Positions 36,236-46,194 of a stretch of 64,000 bases of DNA are shown here, in pieces; the first letter of the stretch is position 1, and the number at the start of each line of letters is the position of its first letter. Both the position numbers and the translations under genes were made by a program. The DNA comes from an uncultured Pseudomonadales bacterium (GTDB lineage Bacteria; Patescibacteriota; Microgenomatia; UBA1400; Chazhemtobacteraceae): contig CAZUBK010000002.1 in the NCBI GenBank assembly GCA_964618725.1, positions 3,992 to 67,991 on the forward strand, written 5' to 3'. Under the pieces are notes generated by a model, which saw nothing but the letters and a program-made list of their open reading frames with translations, did not search any database and had not been told where the DNA came from.

Positions 36236-37705
36236 TCAGAGATGATTGGGGGCGATACGGGCGTACTTTTGAAGAGCGGGAATATCGGCAAAACCAAGCT
36301 TGTGAATACTTTGTTTGACGGCGGCGATAAGGTGAGGGAGGTAGATGTAGCCCGAGCCTTTATAGCCAACCTTTTTTACTTTACCCTCGACGACTCTGAT
36401 CTTGGCGTCATCGACGCGATAGCGGACGGCCCCACCTTTCTCCATGGCTTCTTGGGAACCCATGCCGCGATATTTCTTAACTAGGTGACCTTCTTCTTCG
36501 TCAAATTCAGGATTCCCCGGAGACTCTTCAAGACCAGCGAGTAGACCTCCCATCATGACAGTGTCGGCTCCAAGGGCTAAAGCCTTGGCAATATCGGAAG
36601 GACGTTTCACACCGCCATCGGCGATGAGAGGAAGATGATAGCCTTTTTTCTTAAAGTAGTAATCGGCGGCTTGACTACATTCAAGGACGGCAGAACCTTG
36701 GGCTCGACCAACACCGAGTTGTTCCTGGGTTATGCAGGCAGCGCCGGGACCGATACCGATTCGGACACCGTCGACATATTTAGCAGAGGATTCGAGAATC
36801 TTTAGGACCATTTTGCCGGAGTCGACATTGCCTAAGATAACTTCGAAGTGGGGATAGGTTCTTTTGACGAACTGGGCAATGGCGAGTTGCTCTTCGAAAA
36901 CGACGGAAGCGTCGATGACGACACCATCAACGCCAGACGAAGAGAGATGCTTAAGGCGAATCGTGGCAAGGTTTAGCCTCGATTCGATTGCAGCAAAGAC
37001 TCGAAGCTGTTTATTATCGTCCTTAGTGGCAAGGGGGAAGTTGTTATCCTTGCGAAGATCGCTGTCGGTAACTAGAGCGGCTAGTTTGAAATTCTTGTCG
37101 ACAATGGGAAGGGTGTCGAGATTATATTTACGGATGATCTTGTTGGCGGCGCGGATATTGTTTTTGTCTAGGGTAGAGTGCTTTTTGGCTGTAATTAGTT
37201 TAGTGGCTGGGGTCATGACCTTGGCAAGGGGAAGTAACATTTCTGTGTCGGTCTCCAGGTAACGAACATCGCGGTGGGTAACAATACCGAGCAGTTTGGA
37301 ATTGAGAGTGCCATCCTCGGTAACGGGAATACTAAAGAAGCCATATTGTTTGGCGGTAGCAAAGACACTAGCGACAGTATCTTTGAGACCTAAGACAAGG
37401 GGGTCGGTAATGAAGGCGGACTCAAAGCGCTTGACCCGTCTGACTTCATTAGCCTGATCCTCAGGAGTGAGATTGTAGTGAATGGTGCCAATGCCGCCAA
37501 GAAGAGCCATAAGAATGGCCATCTTGGATTCAGTAACGGTGTCCATGGGAGAGCTAATAAAAGGAGTTTTGAGTTTTAGGTTACGAGAAACAGGGGAAGA
37601 AAGATCAACACTTTCACGCTCGACATTGGGAAGATTGTCGCAAATGAGAAGAATATCCTGATACCAGAATTCGTTTTCTTTGAGGGCCGGGTGGAGTTTG
37701 GCCAT
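36236..37705 (-). CDS. guaB: IMP dehydrogenase
   Basis: SSPMDTVTE, CBS pair, GIGPGAACIT, IADGG, KYRGMGS. Confidence 0.95.
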   Translation of the reverse strand: MAKLHPALKENEFWYQDILLICDNLPNVERESVDLSSPVSRNLKLKTPFISSPMDTVTESKMAILMALLGGIGTIHYNLTPEDQANEVRRVKRFESAFITDPLVLGLKDTVASVFATAKQYGFFSIPVTEDGTLNSKLLGIVTHRDVRYLETDTEMLLPLAKVMTPATKLITAKKHSTLDKNNIRAANKIIRKYNLDTLPIVDKNFKLAALVTDSDLRKDNNFPLATKDDNKQLRVFAAIESRLNLATIRLKHLSSSGVDGVVIDASVVFEEQLAIAQFVKRTYPHFEVILGNVDSGKMVLKILESSAKYVDGVRIGIGPGAACITQEQLGVGRAQGSAVLECSQAADYYFKKKGYHLPLIADGGVKRPSDIAKALALGADTVMMGGLLAGLEESPGNPEFDEEEGHLVKKYRGMGSQEAMEKGGAVRYRVDDAKIRVVEGKVKKVGYKGSGYIYLPHLIAAVKQSIHKLGFADIPALQKYARIAPNHL

Positions 37706-37748
37706 TTGATTAACAGTAGTAAAAGAGAAATATGACGTCAAGAAGGGG

Positions 37749-37770
37749 AAAAGCGCCTTGCGGCGCTTTT
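37749..37770. terminator. Intrinsic terminator
   Basis: AAAAGCGCC-TTGC-GGCGCTTTT. Confidence 0.7.
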
Positions 37771-37774
37771 TAGA

Positions 37775-38392
37775 TTATTCACTTTTTGCTTTAGCTTTTT
37801 TTGCTTTAGCAGTAAGCTCAGAAAGATTGGGGTCAGGTTTGGTAATGATCTTGTCAATAAAACCATATTCCAAAGCCTGAGTGGCGGTCATGTCACGTTC
37901 TTGACGAAAGATGGCATTAAGCTCACTGAGATCTCGACCTGAACGGAGTTGGGTTTGGGTGATGAGAAAGCGAGTGTAATACCTAATAGTATCAACTGCC
38001 CAATCTTCCCCTTCGACGATGGAGGCAATTTCAGCATTGCCCAACGGATATTGTCCCCAGTGGGGCATGAGCCAAGCACCGTCAACAGCGAGACGCTTGT
38101 CGCAATATTGGAGAGTAAAGAATCCGCCTGACCAAGCTCGGCCCAGAACTAAACCAATAGAGGGTAGGCCACACAACTTCAGAGCATTACCAATAGCGAC
38201 AACGCTAATGACAGAGCCGCCGTTACTATCGATCAGAAGCCGAACTTCTTTTTTGGATAGGCTTTTGGCCTTGAAAATGAGGGGGACAACCACATCGGTC
38301 ATTTCCTGACAGAAATTGGCCCAGATAGGGATCCAATTTTGTTCCTCGAGCAGTTTATCGGCTCTCTTTGCGTATTCTTCCCAGTCAACCAT
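37775..38392 (-). CDS. Divergent ClpP-family protease
   Basis: IDSNGGSV, AWSGG (Ser), LMPH (His), MTATQALEYGFIDKI. Confidence 0.8.
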   Translation of the reverse strand: MVDWEEYAKRADKLLEEQNWIPIWANFCQEMTDVVVPLIFKAKSLSKKEVRLLIDSNGGSVISVVAIGNALKLCGLPSIGLVLGRAWSGGFFTLQYCDKRLAVDGAWLMPHWGQYPLGNAEIASIVEGEDWAVDTIRYYTRFLITQTQLRSGRDLSELNAIFRQERDMTATQALEYGFIDKIITKPDPNLSELTAKAKKAKAKSE

Positions 38393-38564
38393 TTTTTCAC
38401 CTCAAAGTGCGATTTGTGGGGGTATTGTACGTTATAGGTGTTCAAAAAACAACTTATGTGTGATTCATGAAAAAAGAATGTGCCGAACGTGACTGGATGC
38501 AATTGTACTATCTGTTTTGTTTTGGTAAGAGCATAAATTGATTACGTCGTGTTAGAATTTGGTT

Positions 38565-39308
38565 ATGAGTTTGTTGCTATATATCATCATCTTTTCTTTG
38601 CTAGGAGGGGTAGTCTCTTTGGTAGGAGGGATTGGCATGCTGGCAAAGAAAGAGATCTTAAGCAAACATATTTGCAGTTTAACGGCATTTGCAGCGGGGG
38701 TCTTGGTGACAGTTTCACTACTTGATCTGCTTCCTGAGGCTTTTGAATTAGGGGATCCAGACATTGTAGGCATGGGCGTTTTATTTGGAGTAGTCGGACT
38801 GTTTATCCTGGAAAAGATGTCGGTCTGGTTTCATCACCATCACGAACCACATGGAGCGGCACCGGAGCTTGTTGGCGTTTTCTTAGGAGATACTCTGCAT
38901 AACTTTATTGACGGTTTGGCTATTGGAGCAGCTTTTTTAATTAGCATACCGACGGGGATCGCTACTGCGGTAGCCGTTGGAATGCATGAATTACCTCAAG
39001 AGATTGCCGACTTTTCCTTATACATTAAAGCTAAGATGAGTAGTGGCCGGACTCTTACTCTGAATGTATTGTCGTCCCTGTCTACTTTAGTGGGAGCAGT
39101 CGGTGTATTTTATCTGGGGGACTTTCTTGAGGGATTGGAAGTGTATATCCTGGCAATTGCGGCAGGAATGTTTCTCTATATTGCTTTGGCCGACCTAGTT
39201 CCAGAACTACATGAGGCATCAGAGAAGAAAAGGAATACTATTCAACTACTAGTATTCTTCTTGGGTGTGGTCACTGCATATGCAAGCATTATTTTATTAG
39301 GCGACTAA
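38565..39308 (+). CDS. ZIP-family metal transporter
   Basis: HHHH loop, HNFIDG, HELPQE, DLVPEL. Confidence 0.92.
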   Translation: MSLLLYIIIFSLLGGVVSLVGGIGMLAKKEILSKHICSLTAFAAGVLVTVSLLDLLPEAFELGDPDIVGMGVLFGVVGLFILEKMSVWFHHHHEPHGAAPELVGVFLGDTLHNFIDGLAIGAAFLISIPTGIATAVAVGMHELPQEIADFSLYIKAKMSSGRTLTLNVLSSLSTLVGAVGVFYLGDFLEGLEVYILAIAAGMFLYIALADLVPELHEASEKKRNTIQLLVFFLGVVTAYASIILLGD

Positions 39309-39311
39309 AAC

Positions 39312-40547
39312 ATGAAACTAAGTCAAATGGCAGTAACGCCACTTAAAAATCTACCCAAAGAAGGAGAAACCATTAATCATAAGCTCTTAGTTCAGGCAGG
39401 TTTTGTCCGTCAATTAATGGCGGGAGTATATACGTATCTACCGCTTGGATTGCTGGTCTTAAGAAAGATAGAAAATATTGTCCGGGAAGAAATGAATAAG
39501 GTGGGTGGAGAGGAGATCCTGATGCCGATGCTACATCCGGCAGAAATCTGGAAGACGTCAGGGGGGTGGAACGGAGTGGATGTCTTGTTTAAACTGAAGA
39601 GTCGGACAGATAAGGATTACGCCTTGGGACAAAGTCAGGAGGAAGTAGTAACGCCGTTGATGAAAGAGTTCATTCAGTCATATCGGAACCTACCGAAAGC
39701 TGTTTATCACATCCAGTGGAAATTCAGGGATGAACTGAGATCTAAGTCGGGACTGATGAGAGGAAGAGAGTTTTTGATGAAAGACATGTATAGCTGGCAT
39801 ACAGACCAAGGAGATTTTGAACGATATTACGAAGAAGTCAAAGAGGCTTATTTGCGAATATTTACTCGTCTAGGACTAACCGCTAAAGTAACGGAAGCGT
39901 CTGGGGGGAGCTTTAGTGAAAAGATATCGTATGAGTTTGAGGTACTGACTGATGCTGGAGAGGCGAATATTTTGTACTGTCCTTTATGTGAGTTCTGTGT
40001 GAATGTTGATGACATTAAGACGTATAAGGAGAAAGATAGTTGTCCCAAATGTGATAAAGGTGAGCTTATGCCAGCACTAGCTTCTGAGGTGGGAAATGTT
40101 TTCGATTTGGGACTTAAGTACGTCAAGGCATTTGATCTTACGTATGTTGATAAAGAAGGAAAGAGACAGTATCCGGTAATGGGGTGCTATGGATTAGGAA
40201 TTAGCCGGACGATGGGAGTCCTGGTCGAGAAGTTCAATGATCAAAAGGGAATTATCTGGCCCAAAGAGGTATCCCCCTTCACAGTCCACTTGATAGATTT
40301 AGATCAAAAAGAAGAAGGAGAGAGGCTCTGGCAAGAACTGAAAGATAAGGGGACAGAGACGCTTTGGGACGATCGAGAAGTCGGAGCGGGAGTTAAATTT
40401 GCCGATGCTGATTTGATCGGGTGCCCGTTTCGCGTGGTAGTAAGTGGCAAGACGATGAAGGAAGGCCATATTGAGTTGAAGGAAAGGGCCGGTAGTGAAA
40501 GTAGGTTGGTTACTGTTGAGGAGCTAGTTCGACTTGTACGTGATTAA
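39312..40547 (+). CDS. proS: Proline--tRNA ligase (short, without editing domain)
   Basis: KFRDELR..GLMRGREFLMKDMYS, MGCYGLGISR, anticodon-binding domain. Confidence 0.95.
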   Translation: MKLSQMAVTPLKNLPKEGETINHKLLVQAGFVRQLMAGVYTYLPLGLLVLRKIENIVREEMNKVGGEEILMPMLHPAEIWKTSGGWNGVDVLFKLKSRTDKDYALGQSQEEVVTPLMKEFIQSYRNLPKAVYHIQWKFRDELRSKSGLMRGREFLMKDMYSWHTDQGDFERYYEEVKEAYLRIFTRLGLTAKVTEASGGSFSEKISYEFEVLTDAGEANILYCPLCEFCVNVDDIKTYKEKDSCPKCDKGELMPALASEVGNVFDLGLKYVKAFDLTYVDKEGKRQYPVMGCYGLGISRTMGVLVEKFNDQKGIIWPKEVSPFTVHLIDLDQKEEGERLWQELKDKGTETLWDDREVGAGVKFADADLIGCPFRVVVSGKTMKEGHIELKERAGSESRLVTVEELVRLVRD

Positions 40548-41283
40548 GATCCTTGGACTGACGTTCCATCTATATGGCTTACTAATCGGCTTGGCGGTTT
40601 GGCTGGCTTTGGAAGTGTCACTTTATATAGGAAAACTGTTAAGGGTAAATAGGAAGGTGATTGAAGAAGCCTTTCTTTGGGTAGTGATACCAGGGATCAT
40701 TGGAGCGAGAATGTACCACGTTGTCGACTTATGGCAAAAGATATACAGCGATAATATCTGGAAGATTTTATATCTCTGGGAAGGAGGACTGGGAATCTTT
40801 GGAGGGATATTAGGAGGAATAGTGGGACTGTTTGTCTATTGGAAGACTAGGAAAACAAAGACAACTCTACTTAGATTGCTCGATGTAACGATAATTGGAG
40901 TACCGCTGGCACAGGCAGTGGGAAGGTGGGGGAACTTTGCCAATGGAGAGCTTTATGGCAAGCCAACTCTACTTCCTTGGGGAATAAAAGTGAACGATTC
41001 AATCTTACGAGTACATCCACTATTCTTGTATGAATCGTTGCTGGATTTAGCTTTGTTTGTCGGGTTATTCTTATTTGTGAAAAGTAAAAAAGAGAAGACA
41101 AAAAGAGGGTCAGTTTTGGGAACCTATTTGATTGGATACGGATTGATCAGATTTTTCCTGGAAACACTTCGACCAAGTGAAGTCATCTGGACGTGGATGG
41201 GTATACCGATGGCGCAAATATGGGCAATTTTTGCTCTGATAGCGGGAATCTATTTTCTCTCGAGAACGAGAGGGAGGACCTGA
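40540..41283 (+). CDS. lgt: Prolipoprotein diacylglyceryl transferase
   Basis: YG, GAR.YHV, GGL.IFG, GRWGNFANGELYG, HPLFLYES, RFFLE. Confidence 0.93.
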   Translation: MIKILGLTFHLYGLLIGLAVWLALEVSLYIGKLLRVNRKVIEEAFLWVVIPGIIGARMYHVVDLWQKIYSDNIWKILYLWEGGLGIFGGILGGIVGLFVYWKTRKTKTTLLRLLDVTIIGVPLAQAVGRWGNFANGELYGKPTLLPWGIKVNDSILRVHPLFLYESLLDLALFVGLFLFVKSKKEKTKRGSVLGTYLIGYGLIRFFLETLRPSEVIWTWMGIPMAQIWAIFALIAGIYFLSRTRGRT

Positions 41284-43643
41284 TCCATGTGGCTGACAAA
41301 GTGAAACTTGAGATCGTCTTTGACAACTCTGGGGACATTAATCAGGTCTTTTTTATTGTCAGAGGGAAGGATGATCTGTTTGAGTCCAGCACGGTGACCG
41401 GCGATGACCTTTTCCTTGACGCCACCTATCTCGGTGACACGGCCCCTTAGAGTAATCTCACCGGTCATGCCGATGAGACGATCAGTTGGTTTCTTGGAAA
41501 AAGCAGAGACAATGGCAGTGGTGATGGCGGCGCCGGCGGAGGGACCGTCTTTGGGGATAGCGCCTTCGGGAACGTGGATATGGACATCGGTTTCGGCGAA
41601 ACGCTTTGGGTCAATCTTGAGTTTCTTGGCATTGGCCCGAACGTAAGAGAGGGCGGCTTGAGCAGACTCTTTCATGACATCGCCGAGCTGACCGGTGATC
41701 TGAATTCGCCCTTTACCTTCCATGATAGCGACTTCGATGAAAAGAATGTCACCACCCACTTGGGTGTAGGCGAGGCCAGTGGAGATGCCAATGGTGTCTT
41801 TATCTTCAGCGAGAGTGTGAGTAAACTTACGGGGCCCGAGATAACGAGCCACTTCTTTGGGGGTAATCTGAAGTAGAGTAACTTTTTTGGGAGATGAGGC
41901 AATTTTACGGGCAACTTTGCGGAAGATCTTACTGATCTCACGCTCCAAGCTTCTGACACCAGCTTCTCGGGTATAGTATTTGATCATCTCTCTAAGAGCC
42001 GCGTCAGTAAGAGAGAGATTCTCATAAGTTAAGGAATTGGCTTTGAGTTGTTTTTGGACAAGGTGGGTCTTGGCGATCTGGAACTTCTCTTCCTCGGTGT
42101 ATCCGGTGAAGTTAATTATCTCTAAGCGATCACGGAGAGCGTGGGGGATAGTCTCGAGAATATTGGCGGTAGTGATGAAGATGATCTTACTTAGATCAAG
42201 TGGGGTATCGAGGTAGTGATCGACAAAAGCATTGTTTTGTTCGGGATCAAGAACCTCAAGAAGGGCGGAAGAAGGGTCCCCTCGATAGTCGGAGCCGATT
42301 TTATCGATTTCATCGAGCATAATGACTGGATTGTTACTGCCAGCATCAATAAGTGACTGGACGACACGGCCAGGCATGGCGCCAACATAGGTACGCCGAT
42401 GACCTCGGATTTCGGCCTCATCACGAATGCCGCCAAGAGCTAATTTGGCAAATTTTCTTCCCAAGGCTTTGGCAATACTTTTACCGACCGAGGTCTTACC
42501 AACTCCGGGAGGACCAGCGAAACAGATAATGGTGGGAACAACCGAGTTTCCCTCTTTGGTTCTGGATTTGCCTTTGTAGTTGGTTTTGCCCAGTTGCATG
42601 ACGGCGAGGTATTCCAAGATTCGCTCTTTGACCTCTTTCAGACCGTGATGGTCGACGGCGAGAATTTTGGCGGCTTTTTGGAGAGAGACTTCTTCTTTGG
42701 TGGAAGAAGACCAGGGAATATCGGTGAGGATCTCGAGCCAGGAACGAATGTAGCTACTTTCGGGGCTGTGGATACTAAGTTTGGCGAGACGATCGAGTTC
42801 CTTGATGGCTTTCTGGTAGGCGATTTTGGGTAGTTTAGCCTTGACTATTTTCTTGCGAAGTTCGGCTATCTCGGTATCTTCATCGGCATCACCGAGTTCT
42901 TTTTGAATCATTCTCATCCTTTCGCGAAGAATGTTTTCTTTCATATTTTGATCAAACTTTTTTTGAGTTTTGCTAGCGATCTTTCTTTCGAGTTCGAGAA
43001 TATTAATCTCTTTATCAAGCAAGGTACCAATCTCTTTCAGTCGAACGAGAAGATCGGCTTGCTCAAGAAGGTTTTGACGCTGTTCATGTTTCAGATCAAG
43101 GACAGAGGCTACTTGATCAGCAACTGCAGATGAGGAAATGGTGTTCATAATGCGCATAAAGACAGGAACATCGATGTTGACCTTGCCGAGATTGACAGCC
43201 TTTTTAACTTGGGTGATGAGATGATTGGTGAGAGCTTTGAGCTCATCAGTCTCTTGATAGATGTCGGGGATTTCAGTGAGCGAAGTAAGAAGAATGTGCT
43301 CCTCAATGATGATTTCGTCTAGGTGAACTCGGGTAAGACCGCGGACAATGGCGTGCAGTTCACCGTTAACTGGAACGGTTTTCTCTATACGACAAAGGGT
43401 AGCGATTTTGTATATGTCTTTGGGGAGGGGATTGTTGCTGCTAGCAGTCTTTTGGCCGGCGATGCAGATAAGCTTGTTGCCATTCTCGGCTTTTTGGACA
43501 CCAGAGATAGAGCCGGTTCGACCAAAGGAAAGAATTGCTTCGGTGTTTGGGAAGATAACGCCTTCGCGAAGGGTAACTAGGGGAACAAAACTATTTTTAG
43601 TGTCTGAAGTAGACGAAGTTTTGGGATTGAGTAAGATTGCCAT
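41250..43643 (-). CDS. lon: ATP-dependent protease Lon
   Basis: [31 protein letters not shown]; start at ATG 43643 from promoter position. Confidence 0.97.
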   Translation of the reverse strand: MAILLNPKTSSTSDTKNSFVPLVTLREGVIFPNTEAILSFGRTGSISGVQKAENGNKLICIAGQKTASSNNPLPKDIYKIATLCRIEKTVPVNGELHAIVRGLTRVHLDEIIIEEHILLTSLTEIPDIYQETDELKALTNHLITQVKKAVNLGKVNIDVPVFMRIMNTISSSAVADQVASVLDLKHEQRQNLLEQADLLVRLKEIGTLLDKEINILELERKIASKTQKKFDQNMKENILRERMRMIQKELGDADEDTEIAELRKKIVKAKLPKIAYQKAIKELDRLAKLSIHSPESSYIRSWLEILTDIPWSSSTKEEVSLQKAAKILAVDHHGLKEVKERILEYLAVMQLGKTNYKGKSRTKEGNSVVPTIICFAGPPGVGKTSVGKSIAKALGRKFAKLALGGIRDEAEIRGHRRTYVGAMPGRVVQSLIDAGSNNPVIMLDEIDKIGSDYRGDPSSALLEVLDPEQNNAFVDHYLDTPLDLSKIIFITTANILETIPHALRDRLEIINFTGYTEEEKFQIAKTHLVQKQLKANSLTYENLSLTDAALREMIKYYTREAGVRSLEREISKIFRKVARKIASSPKKVTLLQITPKEVARYLGPRKFTHTLAEDKDTIGISTGLAYTQVGGDILFIEVAIMEGKGRIQITGQLGDVMKESAQAALSYVRANAKKLKIDPKRFAETDVHIHVPEGAIPKDGPSAGAAITTAIVSAFSKKPTDRLIGMTGEITLRGRVTEIGGVKEKVIAGHRAGLKQIILPSDNKKDLINVPRVVKDDLKFHFVSHMDQVLPLVLERK

Positions 43644-43650
43644 GGAGGTA

Positions 43651-43692
43651 AATATACTGCCTGTCTTAGCAGATTGCAAGATCGAGTGCTAA
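43651..43692 (-). promoter_or_regulatory. lon promoter with overlapping CIRCE (HrcA operator)
   Basis: Minus strand TTAGCACTC-N9-ATCTGCTAA (43692-43666; consensus TTAGCACTC-N9-GAGTGCTAA) over TTGCAA-N17-TATATT. Confidence 0.8.
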
Positions 43693-43799
43693 AAGCCGAA
43701 AAAAATATTGGTAATAAATTTACTTACGAAAAGAACTGCCAAGAATGTCAGGAAAAAAGTAAGAAGAAATAAAGAGAAAGAAAAGCGTGACGATGACAT

Positions 43800-44264
43800 T
43801 TATTTAACATTAGTCGAGCGCTCCTGCGTCCACAAATGCAGACCGTTTAAATTGGCATAGGCTCGGAAGTAGAGTGTACCAGAGTGAGGGGGGATGAGGC
43901 TAATGCTAAATTGGCTGGAAATAGCAAAGACTCCCTGTGAGTAATCGTGACTTTGGAATGAATAACCGACGGCTAGCGGAGAGTCTAGCGTCGTAATCGC
44001 TGAAGGAGTGGAATCGTAATCGTAATAGATAGCAGTTTTAGAAACACTGGTATTATCTTGGGAGAGAATCTCCCAATCAATCTTGAGCGGTTGACCCACG
44101 GCTGCTTGACTTGGAAAGTCGGAGAGAGTGATGCTGGGAAGTGGTTGGTTAATTTGGGCCAGAAGCTGTTTGCGTGACCGAGTGAACTCAGAGTAAGAGA
44201 GAATAAAAAAGAAGAACAGGCTAAGGGCGAGAAGCATCCGAGATATCTGTGGTGGCACCATCAT
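43800..44264 (-). CDS. Membrane-anchored hypothetical protein with Ig-like beta domain
   Basis: N-terminal TM, beta-rich, LYFRAYA motif. Confidence 0.65.
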   Translation of the reverse strand: MMVPPQISRMLLALSLFFFFILSYSEFTRSRKQLLAQINQPLPSITLSDFPSQAAVGQPLKIDWEILSQDNTSVSKTAIYYDYDSTPSAITTLDSPLAVGYSFQSHDYSQGVFAISSQFSISLIPPHSGTLYFRAYANLNGLHLWTQERSTNVK

Positions 44265-44278
44265 TGACTAATTCTACC

Positions 44279-44827
44279 TCACAGAGGAGTAGAGACAAAC
44301 ATGCCAACAGATTTACCGATAAAGTAAGAAGCCGAGGCGGCGAGGGCGCCTAAGAGAAGCATTTCTAGACCATTTCTCCACCAAGTACCTTTGATGAAGG
44401 AGGTGCGCAGACTCCCGACAATGAAAAGAGCAGTGACGGTAGAGAGTGTAGAGTAGAGAAGGGGCTGAATAATGGCTAAATCAAAAACAGAAGCAAGAAG
44501 GTAAGGGAGTAGTGGGAGGATGCCGGCAATTATAAAGGCTAGGAAAGTAATCAGAGAGGTTAGTCCAATGTGACTTAAGTGGCGCTGCTGATGATTTTGA
44601 ACTTGTTGATATCTTCGTTCAGATCGCTCACCAAGGAAGTCGCCAAGACCCATGGAGATACCATCAGCAACCATGTTGGCAATACCTAAGATGAGAATAA
44701 TTCGAGAAGGCAAACTAGCACCGGAAACGGCGGTCACAACGGCAAAAGTGGTAACGATACCGTCGTTGGCACCAAAGACGGCAGACTTAAGGAGACCGTC
44801 TTGGAAATATCTTTTGCGATGAAGCAT
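44279..44827 (-). CDS. VIT1/CCC1-family Fe/Mn transporter (short form)
   Basis: VFGANDGIVTTFAVV, ADGISMGLGDFL, GILPLLPY. Confidence 0.9.
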   Translation of the reverse strand: MLHRKRYFQDGLLKSAVFGANDGIVTTFAVVTAVSGASLPSRIILILGIANMVADGISMGLGDFLGERSERRYQQVQNHQQRHLSHIGLTSLITFLAFIIAGILPLLPYLLASVFDLAIIQPLLYSTLSTVTALFIVGSLRTSFIKGTWWRNGLEMLLLGALAASASYFIGKSVGMFVSTPL

Positions 44828-44839
44828 AGGTAAATGATA

Positions 44840-45715
44840 CTAAGAAAAAAGGGCGGTAGTGAAGGCACTTGTATAGTCAAAAGTGAGATCGGGAAAGACG
44901 GCCAAGTAGTCAAGGTTGAACTTGGCGGACAAAATAGACCAATACTTTTTAGGGCTAACGAAGAGGGCAGTGGCACAGGCATCGGCCAGGAGGGTAGAGG
45001 GGGCCAAGACACTGACGGAAAGAAGATTGTTGACTGGTTGTTTGGACTTAGGATCAAGGAGGTGGTGAAAGTTCTTGATTTTTCTCTTGCTAGAGCCGGA
45101 AGTGGCAATAGCCTGATTCATAAGATTAACTTGACCGATGCCTAGAGTTGGATCAAGTGGGTGCTCAAGAGCAACCTGCCAGGGATCACCGTTTTTTTTA
45201 GTGGTGGCATAGATGTCGCCACCACCTTCGATAAGAAAGAAGGAGAAACCCAACTCCTTTATCTTCTTGGCGATGAGGTCAATGAGGTAACCCTTGCCCA
45301 AGGAGCCAATATCAAGGGAGAGTGGACCGTGTTTGTAAAGTATCTTGTCTTTGATACGAAAGGAATTGAACTTTTGGCTAAGTTTGTCTTGATTGATCTT
45401 GAAGGAAAGGTCTGAGTCATAACCATAGCCTTCAAGTAAGTGTCTAACTTGGAGGTCGAAGTGATGATCAGTCAGTTTGTTTAGTACTTGCCCCAAAGAC
45501 AACATGTCGAAAAGAGGACGCGGAAGAGCAATTTGTGTGGCGGGACTGTTGTTAATCTGGCTTAACAGAGAATCTGAACGGAAACGAGAAAACTTACTTT
45601 CGAAATCGAGAGCCAATTTCTTTATTTCCTCCGGGCAAGAAGATGAGAAAGTTGGGTGATCTATAAGGAAGCTCCAAACAGTACCAAGAGCTGGGAAAGA
45701 AAACTGCATCATCAA
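44840..45715 (-). CDS. apbE: FAD:protein FMN transferase
   Basis: ALGT, FSRFRSDS, DIGSLGKGY, GGGD, ATSG, HLLDP, ADACATALF. Confidence 0.92.
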   Translation of the reverse strand: MMMQFSFPALGTVWSFLIDHPTFSSSCPEEIKKLALDFESKFSRFRSDSLLSQINNSPATQIALPRPLFDMLSLGQVLNKLTDHHFDLQVRHLLEGYGYDSDLSFKINQDKLSQKFNSFRIKDKILYKHGPLSLDIGSLGKGYLIDLIAKKIKELGFSFFLIEGGGDIYATTKKNGDPWQVALEHPLDPTLGIGQVNLMNQAIATSGSSKRKIKNFHHLLDPKSKQPVNNLLSVSVLAPSTLLADACATALFVSPKKYWSILSAKFNLDYLAVFPDLTFDYTSAFTTALFS

Positions 45716-45722
45716 CCAGAGT

Positions 45723-46139
45723 TTAGATCTGTTGATCTAGTTTTAGAAGGGCGGCGTTGAAGGCGTCGGTAGTGAGGGAGGCGCCGGAGAGTTTGTCGAT
45801 TTTAAGACCAGCCAACCTTTTGCCAATGATTACTTTGGATAGCTCTTTTACAAACTGTTCTTGATAACGAATGCTGGCATCGATCTCAGTCAGAACTTTT
45901 ATTTCGATATTTGTAATGGTGCCGTCTTTGATAGTGAGAGTAACTGGATTCTCTTCCTGTCCACCAGGGGACTCGTAAAGGAGGGTGGTGGTATAGGTAT
46001 TTCCTTGTTTCTGCCAATTTCCGTCGACTTTCTTTTCTTGGACAGTGGAAACAAGACCCTTGAGTTGATTGGCGAATTGACAACCTGAAAGGAGAATAGA
46101 AGTGATTAATATGACGGGCAGAACAAACTTTCGGGGCAT
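45723..46139 (-). CDS. FMN-binding lipoprotein
   Basis: Lipobox LSGC; YESPGG; DKLSGASLTT flavinylation motif; paralog of 35734-36189. Confidence 0.85.
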   Translation of the reverse strand: MPRKFVLPVILITSILLSGCQFANQLKGLVSTVQEKKVDGNWQKQGNTYTTTLLYESPGGQEENPVTLTIKDGTITNIEIKVLTEIDASIRYQEQFVKELSKVIIGKRLAGLKIDKLSGASLTTDAFNAALLKLDQQI

Positions 46140-46194
46140 AGCTTAAGTTGTAGCATTTGAATTGGGTAGGAACAAGATCGGGTATATTTAAGTC

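Noticed and set aside
43644-43679. ORF-track N-terminal extensions (lon, guaB, 36369, 21816, 3471, 60634, 50124 and others)
   Set aside because: The extensions run through promoter, operator or neighbouring-gene sequence; downstream starts fit the -10 or SD spacing better
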